Source: Methylobacillus sp. (GTDB lineage: Bacteria; Pseudomonadota; Gammaproteobacteria; Burkholderiales; Methylophilaceae). Taken from it: 24,000 nucleotides of DNA. Shown here piece after piece: positions 1 through 7,742 of this stretch (position 1 is its first letter; every line of letters starts with the position of its first letter). Where the stretch lies: NCBI GenBank assembly GCA_031277395.1, contig JAITML010000038.1:36171-60170 (forward strand). The letters run 5' to 3'. A program made the translations under genes and the position numbers. The notes beneath the pieces are model-generated. The model was not told the origin of the DNA and ran no database searches. It saw nothing but the letters and a program-made list of their open reading frames with translations.

Positions 1-1
1 A

Positions 2-625
2 TCCTTCATAGACCAGCGTTGCGAAAATCGCGTGCGCACCGTGAAAGAAGCCGGCCTTTCGGATACCGTGCAGCGCCTCATCATGCAACATATGGAGCAC
101 GTTGACGGCTCCGGCTCGCCAAGCAATCTGACTGGCGAGGAAATGGATCCGCTCGCCAAAGTACTATCCGTTGTGTACGCCTACAACAGCCTGTGCAATC
201 CAAATAATCCGGACAATGCGATGACGCCTTTTGAGGCAATCACGCATATGTACGCCACCGACCACGAAAAATACGATCCGCAAGCTCTCAGTCTGCTCAT
301 GAAAATGCTGGGAATATACCCGCCGGGCAGCATAGTGCAATTGTCGAATGGCACCTACAGCATTGTGCTGTCCATGAATCCGAACCAGCCGCAACTGCCG
401 ATCATGCGTGTCCACCATCCGACCATCCCGCGCGAAACGCCGCTGATGATTGATCTCAGCAAGGAAAGTGGCATCACCATGAAAAACTGCATGCCACCTC
501 ATGAATTGCCCAGGGAAGTTTTCGAATATCTGCGCCCAACCCGGCGCGTGAGTTATTACTTTGTGCCCAGAAAAATGCTGGATCAGCCTCTGCCGGGAAT
601 CGCCTGGGCGCACGCGCCACAGTAA
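2..625 (+). CDS. HD-GYP-like phosphohydrolase/c-di-GMP signalling protein, C-terminal part (5' end lies outside the window)
   Basis: The reading frame is open from position 2, with no stop before the listed Met at 32. The segment QHMEHVDGSGSPSNLTGEEMDPLAKVLSVVYAYNSL lines up with the canonical HD-GYP signature HHExxDGxGYPxGLxGEEIPxxARIxxVADxxDAL. A hairpin plus T-run terminator follows the stop codon. Confidence 0.75.
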   Translation, partial: SFIDQRCENRVRTVKEAGLSDTVQRLIMQHMEHVDGSGSPSNLTGEEMDPLAKVLSVVYAYNSLCNPNNPDNAMTPFEAITHMYATDHEKYDPQALSLLMKMLGIYPPGSIVQLSNGTYSIVLSMNPNQPQLPIMRVHHPTIPRETPLMIDLSKESGITMKNCMPPHELPREVFEYLRPTRRVSYYFVPRKMLDQPLPGIAWAHAPQ

Positions 626-640
626 AACATCTCCTCCCTG

Positions 641-673
641 CCTCCGTGACAAGCCGTTGTCTGGAGGTTTTTT
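641..673 (+). terminator. Rho-independent terminator after the HD-GYP-like gene
   Basis: CCTCC(641-645) pairs with GGAGG(663-667). An inner stem GACAA(648-652)/TTGTC(657-661) encloses a GCCG loop. TTTTTT follows directly at 668-673. Confidence 0.6.
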
Positions 674-697
674 CCTCGCCTGCCAGGACTATTCACA

Positions 698-1483
698 CTA
701 AAACGGCAGAAATAACGCCGTCGCCAAACTCTGCGTGACGCTGACGATAAAACGCTGGGTTTTCTCCGCAAGCACGCTGGCATAAACATCCAGCCGCCCG
801 ATGATTTTGCCGAACTCACGTTCAAAACTCAGATTGCGCTCATTCTCGTTTTGCTCATTGGTGAGCAGCAAAAGTTGTCCGTTCTGATCCCGCGTGTTCG
901 AAAGCTTCCAGACGGCGATTTCGACATTACGCGCCGCGTTGTAGAGCATCTGCGGATCAATGCTGTCGGTGAAATAAAACTCGGTCTTGCCGCCATGCGC
1001 CTTGATGAACATGGTCTGCAGGCCGACGATGAACGGCAACACGCGATCCCCGGTATATTCAGGCTTGAACGCGAGATAAATCGCATCCGTCCCCTGCATT
1101 CCGTTAATCGCCTTGAATTTCCAGTTCTGCCCGCCATCGAACACCCAATCCGCCATCTCCTCCGCCGTGCCAGACGTACTCTTGGCCAACTCATGCGGAT
1201 TGCGTTTGTAGAGTTTGATCATCAGCAGCTTGAGGCTTTTGGTATTCTCGCGCATCTCGATATCGCCCATGCGATCCAGATCCATCTTCCCCAATTGGCT
1301 GGGCGAATTGTGATCCTGCTCATGCGGAACCTGCTTGCCGTTGACGGCAGGCGTGGAAGTGGCGCATGCGGCGAGCAAGGCGCAAGACATGACGATGACA
1401 AGGCTGGCGGTTCTGATTTTGCATTCTCCCTTTACAGGTAACAGTATTACCCGGCACGACCATTTTGTGAACTGGGTATGCAT
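698..1483 (-). CDS. Hypothetical lipoprotein (start uncertain)
   Basis: The listed ORF is 698..1531. KIRTASLVIVMSCALLAAC|ATS is a classic lipoprotein signal: positive n-region, hydrophobic core and the lipobox LAAC. The only in-frame ATG upstream of that signal is at 1483, and the ORF-track start at 1531 is further upstream. GC-rich third codon positions match the neighbouring genes. I recognise no functional motif in the mature part. Confidence 0.7.
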   Translation of the reverse strand: MHTQFTKWSCRVILLPVKGECKIRTASLVIVMSCALLAACATSTPAVNGKQVPHEQDHNSPSQLGKMDLDRMGDIEMRENTKSLKLLMIKLYKRNPHELAKSTSGTAEEMADWVFDGGQNWKFKAINGMQGTDAIYLAFKPEYTGDRVLPFIVGLQTMFIKAHGGKTEFYFTDSIDPQMLYNAARNVEIAVWKLSNTRDQNGQLLLLTNEQNENERNLSFEREFGKIIGRLDVYASVLAEKTQRFIVSVTQSLATALFLPF

Positions 1484-1552
1484 CCGATACCGGGATATTT
1501 GGGCTAGAATGATCGCACGGAATGAGAACAACGCAATAGCAGGAAAATTACC

Positions 1553-2884
1553 ATGTTTCGAATGTTGCGCAATAACGCAGAAAAGCGCCCGAATCCGGTT
1601 TCATGCGACGAATCGCCCTCACCTGCCGGAAATATCATACCCTCGATTCCGGTAAGTCCTCCAAATGCCACTCGTCGCATGCTCGTGATGGGAGGACTTG
1701 CAGGAATGTTGGGTTTGCTCACAAAAGGCTGTGTCTCCGTCAATAAACCCACTGCAACAACGCCTGCCGCACAAGCCATTGACCTCGCCAGCATCCCGCG
1801 AGGAGCCGTGGCGCAACTGATTGCAGGCAATCTTTCGTCCGCGCTGCGCGACGTCGGCTATCCGGCTGACTGGTTTCTCGCCAATCTGCTGGCCCTGGGT
1901 CTTCAAGGCAAGCCACCGAAACTGTACAGACACATTTCAGGCGGCAAAACTCTTGCCGATTTTGCGGAAGATCATTTTGACGTCATAGCCAACAGCTATA
2001 CGTTTCTGGTGAGCTACTACAACAAGGAGGTCGAGGGCTACCACATGTTTCTGTGGCATGGCGTCCGCATGAATGGCTTGCAGATAGTGGCGGCACTCGA
2101 TGAAAGTGTCACGTCCGAGGAAGCCTGGCATGCATGGCGTCAGGCTTACTTTTACTATGGCGAGAAATCCAAACCCGTGCTGACTTACGCGCCGGGACAC
2201 CATGGCTGGTCTGCCTGGGAAGCGGCGCTGCAACTGATCGCCACGCCTGAAGCCAAGGCGATCTGGTTGACCAGCGCCGATGCGCCGAATTTTCCCAGCG
2301 ACAATTTATCCAACGAAGTCGGTGTGCAGCTGGTGCTTGGCCATCCGGCTTATGACAGCGGACGCAAGCCGCTGGCCTACTTCAGCGCGGTAGCAGTGGC
2401 GCTTTATGTGGATTCCGCGCCAATGGCTCTGCAGTCGGCGATACAACAGGCTTTGAGCGATACCGGCCTCAATGCCAAAGACATTGGCAGCATCGTGCAT
2501 GACTCCGGCAGGGGGATGGGCAAAGGAAAACTCAACGAGGAAGCCAGAAAACGCCAAGGCGTCATCAATGGCACGATGCAGATGCTGTTCCCGAACATCA
2601 ACCCGCTCACCAACGTTATTGATCTCAGTTCCACCTTTGGCGATCTGGGTGCGAGCACGGTCAACCTTTCACTTCTGATCGGCGCTTTTGCCTGCCATGA
2701 AAGAAAGCATCCGGTGCTTTACATGAGCGTTCGCGATCCGGGCATGGCTCGGGCGCTGGTGATCCTGCCATCGCCTGAATATTCGGAAACGGATATGGCG
2801 CGACGCTGGCGCCCGGTCAATCAAAGATCGTTCTGGAGCCGCTCCTGGTGGGGGCAACGCCGGGATGGCAAGCCGGATTATTGA
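1553..2884 (+). CDS. Hypothetical exported protein with a twin-arginine-type signal and weak thiolase/ketosynthase-like C-terminal motifs
   Basis: 443-aa ORF with AGGA 9 nt upstream of the ATG. The N-terminus contains NATRRMLVMGGLAGMLGLLTKGC (T-R-R-x-L-V, then a hydrophobic stretch, then Cys). The C-terminal HDSGRG ... LSSTFGDLGASTVNLSLLIGAFA ... YMSVRDPGMARALVIL resembles the HGTGT ... KSMTGHLLGAAGAVE ... NSFGFGGTN layout of the condensing-enzyme fold, with catalytic positions changed. Confidence 0.7.
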   Translation: MFRMLRNNAEKRPNPVSCDESPSPAGNIIPSIPVSPPNATRRMLVMGGLAGMLGLLTKGCVSVNKPTATTPAAQAIDLASIPRGAVAQLIAGNLSSALRDVGYPADWFLANLLALGLQGKPPKLYRHISGGKTLADFAEDHFDVIANSYTFLVSYYNKEVEGYHMFLWHGVRMNGLQIVAALDESVTSEEAWHAWRQAYFYYGEKSKPVLTYAPGHHGWSAWEAALQLIATPEAKAIWLTSADAPNFPSDNLSNEVGVQLVLGHPAYDSGRKPLAYFSAVAVALYVDSAPMALQSAIQQALSDTGLNAKDIGSIVHDSGRGMGKGKLNEEARKRQGVINGTMQMLFPNINPLTNVIDLSSTFGDLGASTVNLSLLIGAFACHERKHPVLYMSVRDPGMARALVILPSPEYSETDMARRWRPVNQRSFWSRSWWGQRRDGKPDY

Positions 2885-2911
2885 GATCGAAATTGTCAGC
2901 AAAACCAAATC

Positions 2912-4390
2912 ATGCCTATTCACGTTTGGAGAAAATCCGCCATGCTTCAAATACTACGCCACGGCATAGCTCTGCTCTTGATCGGAGTTGTTCTGATGGC
3001 ACAGGCGCAAGATTCCGGTAACGCGCAGGAGCGATCCATGCCACCCGGCGAGCAGTACAGCACCGCTCGCAGCTATCACCGCGTGGGGAACTATGAGAAA
3101 GCCGCCATCTGGTACCGCAAGGCGGCGGAACAAGGACGATCCGACGCGCAGTATTATCTTGCCGAGTTTTACAGAACGGGCACGGGTGTTCCACAAGACT
3201 ACAAACAGGCGCTCTTCTGGTATCGCAAATCGGCTGAGCAGAAAGACGACAAGCAGAACGATTATGAAAGCGGATTGGCGCTAGCCACTCTGGGATATTT
3301 GTACACCAATGTCGAAAGCGTACGAGATTACAAGGAAGCCGCTTACTGGTATCGCAAGGCTGCCGATTGGGGAGATCCGTCCGCAATGTCAGGCTTGGGC
3401 ATGCTGTATTACAACGGGCAAGGCGTTCCACAAAACTATGAAGAAGCTGCCTTTTGGTTTCGCAAGGCAAACGACGGAGGCCCGCTTGGCCATATCTATG
3501 AATACGGCCAGGGCGTCCCGCAAGACGATAATCTGGCGGCCTATTGGTATCGCAAAGCGGCCGAGGGACCTAATCCTTATTGGAATCGAGGCGAATCCGG
3601 CAATGCCCAAGCGCAGAACAATCTGGGAAATCTGTATTACGAAGGGCGCGGCGTTCCGGTGCAGGATTATGAGGAAGCCGCTTTCTGGTACCGCAAGGCG
3701 GCCGAACAGGGGGAACCCAATGCGCTCCTCAATCTAAGTGATATGTACGTTGCCAAACGGGTTGGATTTTCCGATGACGTATTGGCCTACATGCTTTTAT
3801 CGCTCGCCGCAGCCAAAGGAAAGGATGTTCAAAAAAGTTTGCGCGTTTTGGAATCGACATTATCCGCCGCGCAACTCAAGGAAGCTCGGGCACTGGCACA
3901 GCAATGGCAACCCGGCACACCGCTGCCGCTTATGAGCAAGACCGGTGGTTCCGCTACATTGTGGACCATGCTCGAAGTGCTCGCGCGGCAAATACCGATC
4001 ACAAAAGAGAAGATCGAGAGCAGCCTTTCGATAACACTGAATAAACAGGTTGATCCTGACGATAGCGCCAAACGTTTGTTCGTGAGTGACAAACTCGCCT
4101 TGAGGGATGGCGTAAAACTTGCACAGATCGAACTCGAATCTCGCTCCTCGCAGCTGACACTGGATATCGAAGGCGCTTGCATCAGCGAGGTGGAAGTCCG
4201 ACACTATTTCTCGATACAGGAATTAAATGCTTCCACCCACCCTCCCAGCAACTGGTTTGGCGGCAAGCTCAAAAGCCAAAGGGCATTCAGTACAAGCGAC
4301 TATAGAAACAAGCAACAGATAACCTGGTTTTTCGGTTTCATCAAACAGGGTGGCAGCGATTGCCTTGCCCAAGTTGCGATCCGCCCGTAA
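2912..4390 (+). CDS. Sel1-like repeat (SLR/TPR-family) protein with a signal peptide and a non-repeat C-terminal domain
   Basis: At least six copies of the Sel1 signature are present: AAIWYRKAAEQG, ALFWYRKSAEQK, AAYWYRKAADWG, AAFWFRKANDGG, AAYWYRKAAEGP and AAFWYRKAAEQG. Each lies near G.GVPQDY/G.GVPQNY. The N-terminal MLQILRHGIALLLIGVVLMAQA|QD looks like a Sec signal. The start could be ATG 2912 or ATG 2942. Confidence 0.9.
   Translation: MPIHVWRKSAMLQILRHGIALLLIGVVLMAQAQDSGNAQERSMPPGEQYSTARSYHRVGNYEKAAIWYRKAAEQGRSDAQYYLAEFYRTGTGVPQDYKQALFWYRKSAEQKDDKQNDYESGLALATLGYLYTNVESVRDYKEAAYWYRKAADWGDPSAMSGLGMLYYNGQGVPQNYEEAAFWFRKANDGGPLGHIYEYGQGVPQDDNLAAYWYRKAAEGPNPYWNRGESGNAQAQNNLGNLYYEGRGVPVQDYEEAAFWYRKAAEQGEPNALLNLSDMYVAKRVGFSDDVLAYMLLSLAAAKGKDVQKSLRVLESTLSAAQLKEARALAQQWQPGTPLPLMSKTGGSATLWTMLEVLARQIPITKEKIESSLSITLNKQVDPDDSAKRLFVSDKLALRDGVKLAQIELESRSSQLTLDIEGACISEVEVRHYFSIQELNASTHPPSNWFGGKLKSQRAFSTSDYRNKQQITWFFGFIKQGGSDCLAQVAIRP
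3065..3780 (+). repeat. Intragenic tandem Sel1 repeat units (in-frame protein repeats of roughly 36-40 codons)
   Basis: The DNA core tggta(c/t)cgcaa(g/a)gc(g/t)gc recurs at about 3110, 3220, 3347, 3455, 3545 and 3686. Each copy corresponds to the W(Y/F)RKAA motif. Confidence 0.8.
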
Positions 4391-4432
4391 CATTGATCCG
4401 CGTCATCACTGGACACCACACAGGAGGATAAA

Positions 4433-4597
4433 ATGAAAAAATGGATGTGCAACGTATGTGGCTATATCTATAACGAAACCGAGGGCGATCCCGACGGTGG
4501 CATCCCGCCCGGCACTCGCTGGGAAGATATTCCTGCGGACTGGGTCTGCCCCGCCTGCGGCGTAGCCAAGAGCGATTTCGAGATGGTGGAATTTTAG
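4433..4597 (+). CDS. Rubredoxin (54 aa; below the ORF-track length cut-off)
   Basis: My own translation gives [54 protein letters not shown]. It has the two CxxCG knuckles (CNVCG, CPACG) and the conserved Y.Y, PGT.(W/F).(D/E).P..W.CP core. A strong SD, AGGAGGA, lies at 4422-4428, 4 nt before the ATG at 4433. The TAG stop is at 4595-4597. Confidence 0.95.
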   Translation: MKKWMCNVCGYIYNETEGDPDGGIPPGTRWEDIPADWVCPACGVAKSDFEMVEF

Positions 4598-4620
4598 GCA
4601 CGTTCAGCAAGCTGCAGCAT

Positions 4621-5037
4621 ATGGAGATCACCTGCTACCGCGACGACGCCTTTGCCAGCGAGTGGCGCACCCTGCCCGCTGAAATCTACAATCTTGCGAC
4701 GACTTTGCTGGCGCGCGCACCCGATGGGCAACTTTTCGTTCCAATTCGCACCATGCAAATGCTCACCATCATAGACCACGAGGAATTTGTATTCATCGAC
4801 GGCGAGCGCAAATGCTGGATAGACATTGCCTGGCGCAATTTCAAACCGCAAGAGCGCGAATCGCTGACCGCTCCCGTGTCATACGAAGCTGTTTATTACC
4901 GCCCTGAATCCGCCAACTACATGAACCAGCTACACAGCGAATTTCCATCCGCCCTGCAGCAACTTGCCGCTAAGGAAAAACCGGATGTATCGGCAAAAGT
5001 GCTGAAATTCCCGACGCAGAAAAATCCTGCTTGTTGA
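4621..5037 (+). CDS. Hypothetical protein (138 aa), no signal peptide
   Basis: The ORF starts 23 nt after the rubredoxin stop and has GC3-rich codon usage like its neighbours. There is no obvious SD and I recognise no motif. The antisense ORFs over this region translate to low-quality sequence. Confidence 0.65.
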   Translation: MEITCYRDDAFASEWRTLPAEIYNLATTLLARAPDGQLFVPIRTMQMLTIIDHEEFVFIDGERKCWIDIAWRNFKPQERESLTAPVSYEAVYYRPESANYMNQLHSEFPSALQQLAAKEKPDVSAKVLKFPTQKNPAC

Positions 5038-5044
5038 TATTTGT

Positions 5045-5341
5045 TCACTCATCCTCTCCCAATTCCGGATTCCATCCCGCATTTCTTCCTCGTTCCATTG
5101 CCGCTTCGTAGATTCGCGCGTGTTTTTCGCGCAGCGCGGGTGGGAGTTGTCCGGGTAAATGCGCGTGAGGTTCCCAGGCAGCATAAACTTTTTCGTAGAG
5201 ATTCTGCATTTGCGCCGCGTTCCATCCGGCGCAGGTTTCGCTTTCGGGGATGAGGTCAAACAGCCAGCCGTCCATGACGATACGGCCAAGATGCGTCAGG
5301 CCGCCATTGGTGTCCAGGTCGATACCGATATAGGTTTCCAT
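5045..5341 (-). CDS. Small acidic hypothetical protein (98 aa), last gene of the cbb operon
   Basis: The ATG at 5341 lies 15 nt downstream of the cbbO stop and is preceded by GAGGT with 6-nt spacing. Codon usage is consistent with the operon. I recognise no motif. By position it corresponds to the small fifth gene, cbbN, reported in the Nitrosomonas europaea cbbLSQON operon; sequence relatedness is unverified. Confidence 0.7.
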   Translation of the reverse strand: METYIGIDLDTNGGLTHLGRIVMDGWLFDLIPESETCAGWNAAQMQNLYEKVYAAWEPHAHLPGQLPPALREKHARIYEAAMERGRNAGWNPELGEDE

Positions 5342-5356
5342 GTATTACCTCGTTGC

Positions 5357-7708
5357 TTATCTTGTCAGGCCGGCATACAGCAGCGGCAGTTTTTCAGGCA
5401 GACGCTCCACGCGATCAATCACCATGTAATTGCGTGTACCGAAAATGCGCGAAACATATTGATCGGCGCGCGGATCAAGGCTCATGCAATATGTGACGAT
5501 CCCGCTGCGGCCAGCCTCCTCCACCGCTTTGCGTGTATCGTAGCGCAGATATTGCGGATCGCGCACATCAACATCAGCGGGCTCGCCATCCGTAATCACC
5601 AGCAGCAATTTTTTCGATGATTTCTGCTGACGCAAATGATAAGCCGCGTGACGAATCGCCGCGCCCATACGCGTGGATAGCTGGCCGGTCATGCCCGCGA
5701 GACGCGATTTCGGCAGCTCATTGTAAGGCTGGTCAAAATCCTTGAAACGGAAATAATCAACGTTGTGGCGACCGTCCGAACAGAAACCGTGAATCGCAAA
5801 TGGATCGCCCACTTTGCTGATTGCATCAGCGAGCAATACACAGGCTTGCCGTGTGAGTTCCAGCACGGTGAAATCCTGACCGCTTACTTTTTCGTTGGTG
5901 GACTCCGACAAATCGAGCAATACCATCACCGAAATGTCTCGCACCTTGCGTACCGAGCGCATCATGATGCGGGGATCGGGCTGCGCCCCCATGCGAATAT
6001 CCACCACACTCGCAATCGCTGCGTTGATGTCGATGTCGTCACCATCCTCCAGTTTGCGCATGCGTGTCACGCCTTGCGGCTGCATCGCATCGAGCAAAAA
6101 TTTCATGCGCGAGATGATGCGCTTGTGCTGCGCGGTAATGGCATCTATCGCTTGCAAATCACCCGCCTTCGGGCGTTTTTCCAGCACCGTCGCCCAGCTT
6201 GGGCGCTCGAGCTGAATCTGGTAGTCCCATTCCGAATAATGAAACGGATCGGAGACTGGTTCCTTGCCTTCGAGTTCATTGAATGACTGGCCCATGTCCT
6301 CGTAAGGATAAAGCTCGGTGCCAAGCACCCAGATTTCTTCGGCATCGTCACCCGCGGTTTCCACGTCAGTCTCGTTCGCCATTTCCATCACATTGACGTA
6401 TTTGCGTACCTGCTTGACGGATTCGTAACCGGCGGCGATGGATTTGTCGAAGTCGAATTCTTCAAATTCCCAGAAGTAGCGGTTATCATCGAGATAGGGC
6501 GCTGTGAGTGTATCCGTGCGCGGATGAAACGGAATATTTTTTTCACGGAACGCATGCGCCAGTTCGACGCCGATATCCCAGGATAACTGGTTGTCATGCA
6601 AGCGCTCCATGTTCTGCCGGAACAGCGCCTTGCCCTGCGTAATCCACGCATCGTCGTCGTGATAGCCGGGATCGAGCAACGCACGCGCAAGCCGGTTAAG
6701 ATAGTCGCCCGCGCTCGCGGCTTGCTGCGGCGTGATGTTATGGAACTGCGACCACAATTGGCGCAAGCCGGGGAAACGGCGAATGGAAAGCGCCTCTACG
6801 CGCGCATCCTCGATCACGCTGATGACGGCCATTTGCCACGGGTTGAGCGCCTCGGCGGAAATCGGCATTCTGGTTTCCACCAAATGCGCTGCACAGTGCA
6901 CTGCCGCCGCACGATAAAGTTCATCGCCGCGCACGCCTTCGAAATCGTCATAGGCATCCGGCAAGTGCAGCAGATAACCTTCGATGAACGGCTTGTAACC
7001 TTCGCGCGTTTCAAAGTCGCCCGAAGTCGGCCGCATGAAAAAATCCCGCCCCCACAAGGCGCGCAAATACATGTTGATACGCCGCTGCACATCGACAAAC
7101 AACGTGCCTTTGCGCTCCTTTTGCAGCATCGCCTGGGATTCTTTTGATTCCAGACCGAAATAACGTATCTGCTCTTCAAAATCGGTTTTATACGCATGAG
7201 CGCCCCACAGCGCCCAGCGCCGCAGGCCGCCCAAGGTAAGATGGGCGAACAACGCTTCCAGTTTGAGCAGCATGGGTCGCAAGCCGCGCGGCGCTTGCGC
7301 GAGAAGCACATTGAGCAATTGCAGATAACCACGAAACAGCGCCGTGTCTCCCAGACGCCGCGCGGCTTCGGGAGCGGTGCCAACCACTGCTTCCAACACC
7401 ATGCCGGAAGTTTTGGAGGCCATCATCATCACGGTTTGCACAAGCTCCGCAACCGCATCTTCGCCGATTTCACGCGCGATCTGTGGCGCGGCACCGATGA
7501 AAGCATCGACCAGTTCCGGCCCCTTGCCCAATCGTTTCAGGCGCTGCGCGCCGGCAAGATAATCTTCCAATCCCTTGGGTGTGAACACGCGCGCAACTTC
7601 ATGCCAGGTTGCGCGCAACCGGGATGCAGACTCTACGCCCAGTTCCTGCAACAGATCGGCATGATCTACAAGATTGGCAGTCATCGTGATGCGATTATCA
7701 TTGGTCAT
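5357..7708 (-). CDS. cbbO: CbbO, the von Willebrand factor A (NorD-like) partner of the CbbQ RuBisCO activase
   Basis: 783 aa, immediately downstream of cbbQ. The C-terminal VWA domain carries the MIDAS motif DxSxS (VLLDLSESTN) and LLLVITDGEPAD. Size and gene order are typical of cbbLSQO clusters. Confidence 0.9.
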   Translation of the reverse strand: MTNDNRITMTANLVDHADLLQELGVESASRLRATWHEVARVFTPKGLEDYLAGAQRLKRLGKGPELVDAFIGAAPQIAREIGEDAVAELVQTVMMMASKTSGMVLEAVVGTAPEAARRLGDTALFRGYLQLLNVLLAQAPRGLRPMLLKLEALFAHLTLGGLRRWALWGAHAYKTDFEEQIRYFGLESKESQAMLQKERKGTLFVDVQRRINMYLRALWGRDFFMRPTSGDFETREGYKPFIEGYLLHLPDAYDDFEGVRGDELYRAAAVHCAAHLVETRMPISAEALNPWQMAVISVIEDARVEALSIRRFPGLRQLWSQFHNITPQQAASAGDYLNRLARALLDPGYHDDDAWITQGKALFRQNMERLHDNQLSWDIGVELAHAFREKNIPFHPRTDTLTAPYLDDNRYFWEFEEFDFDKSIAAGYESVKQVRKYVNVMEMANETDVETAGDDAEEIWVLGTELYPYEDMGQSFNELEGKEPVSDPFHYSEWDYQIQLERPSWATVLEKRPKAGDLQAIDAITAQHKRIISRMKFLLDAMQPQGVTRMRKLEDGDDIDINAAIASVVDIRMGAQPDPRIMMRSVRKVRDISVMVLLDLSESTNEKVSGQDFTVLELTRQACVLLADAISKVGDPFAIHGFCSDGRHNVDYFRFKDFDQPYNELPKSRLAGMTGQLSTRMGAAIRHAAYHLRQQKSSKKLLLVITDGEPADVDVRDPQYLRYDTRKAVEEAGRSGIVTYCMSLDPRADQYVSRIFGTRNYMVIDRVERLPEKLPLLYAGLTR

Positions 7709-7742
7709 TCACCCTTGGGCAGACTCAGGGCAAACGATAATT

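Noticed and set aside
1422-1430. GGGAGA immediately followed by an out-of-frame ATG on the minus strand, just upstream of the lipoprotein signal peptide. This suggested a possible frameshift or mis-assembled start.
   Set aside because: The SD-ATG spacing is essentially zero, and that frame terminates after about 34 codons. Nothing else indicates a frameshift, and the in-frame ATG at 1483 gives an intact, if long, signal sequence.
3065-3780. Periodic DNA repeats that at first glance could be a tandem repeat array or CRISPR-like structure.
   Set aside because: The repeat units are imperfect, lie in frame inside one long ORF, and encode the Sel1 W(Y/F)RKAA...G.GV motif. There are no unique spacers and no repeat-spacer regularity.
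4393-4407. An FNR/CRP-like half palindrome, TTGATccgcGTCAT, upstream of rubredoxin.
   Set aside because: The second half matches ATCAA at only 3 of 5 positions. The site is also too close to the start codon to sit at an activating position relative to any plausible transcription start.
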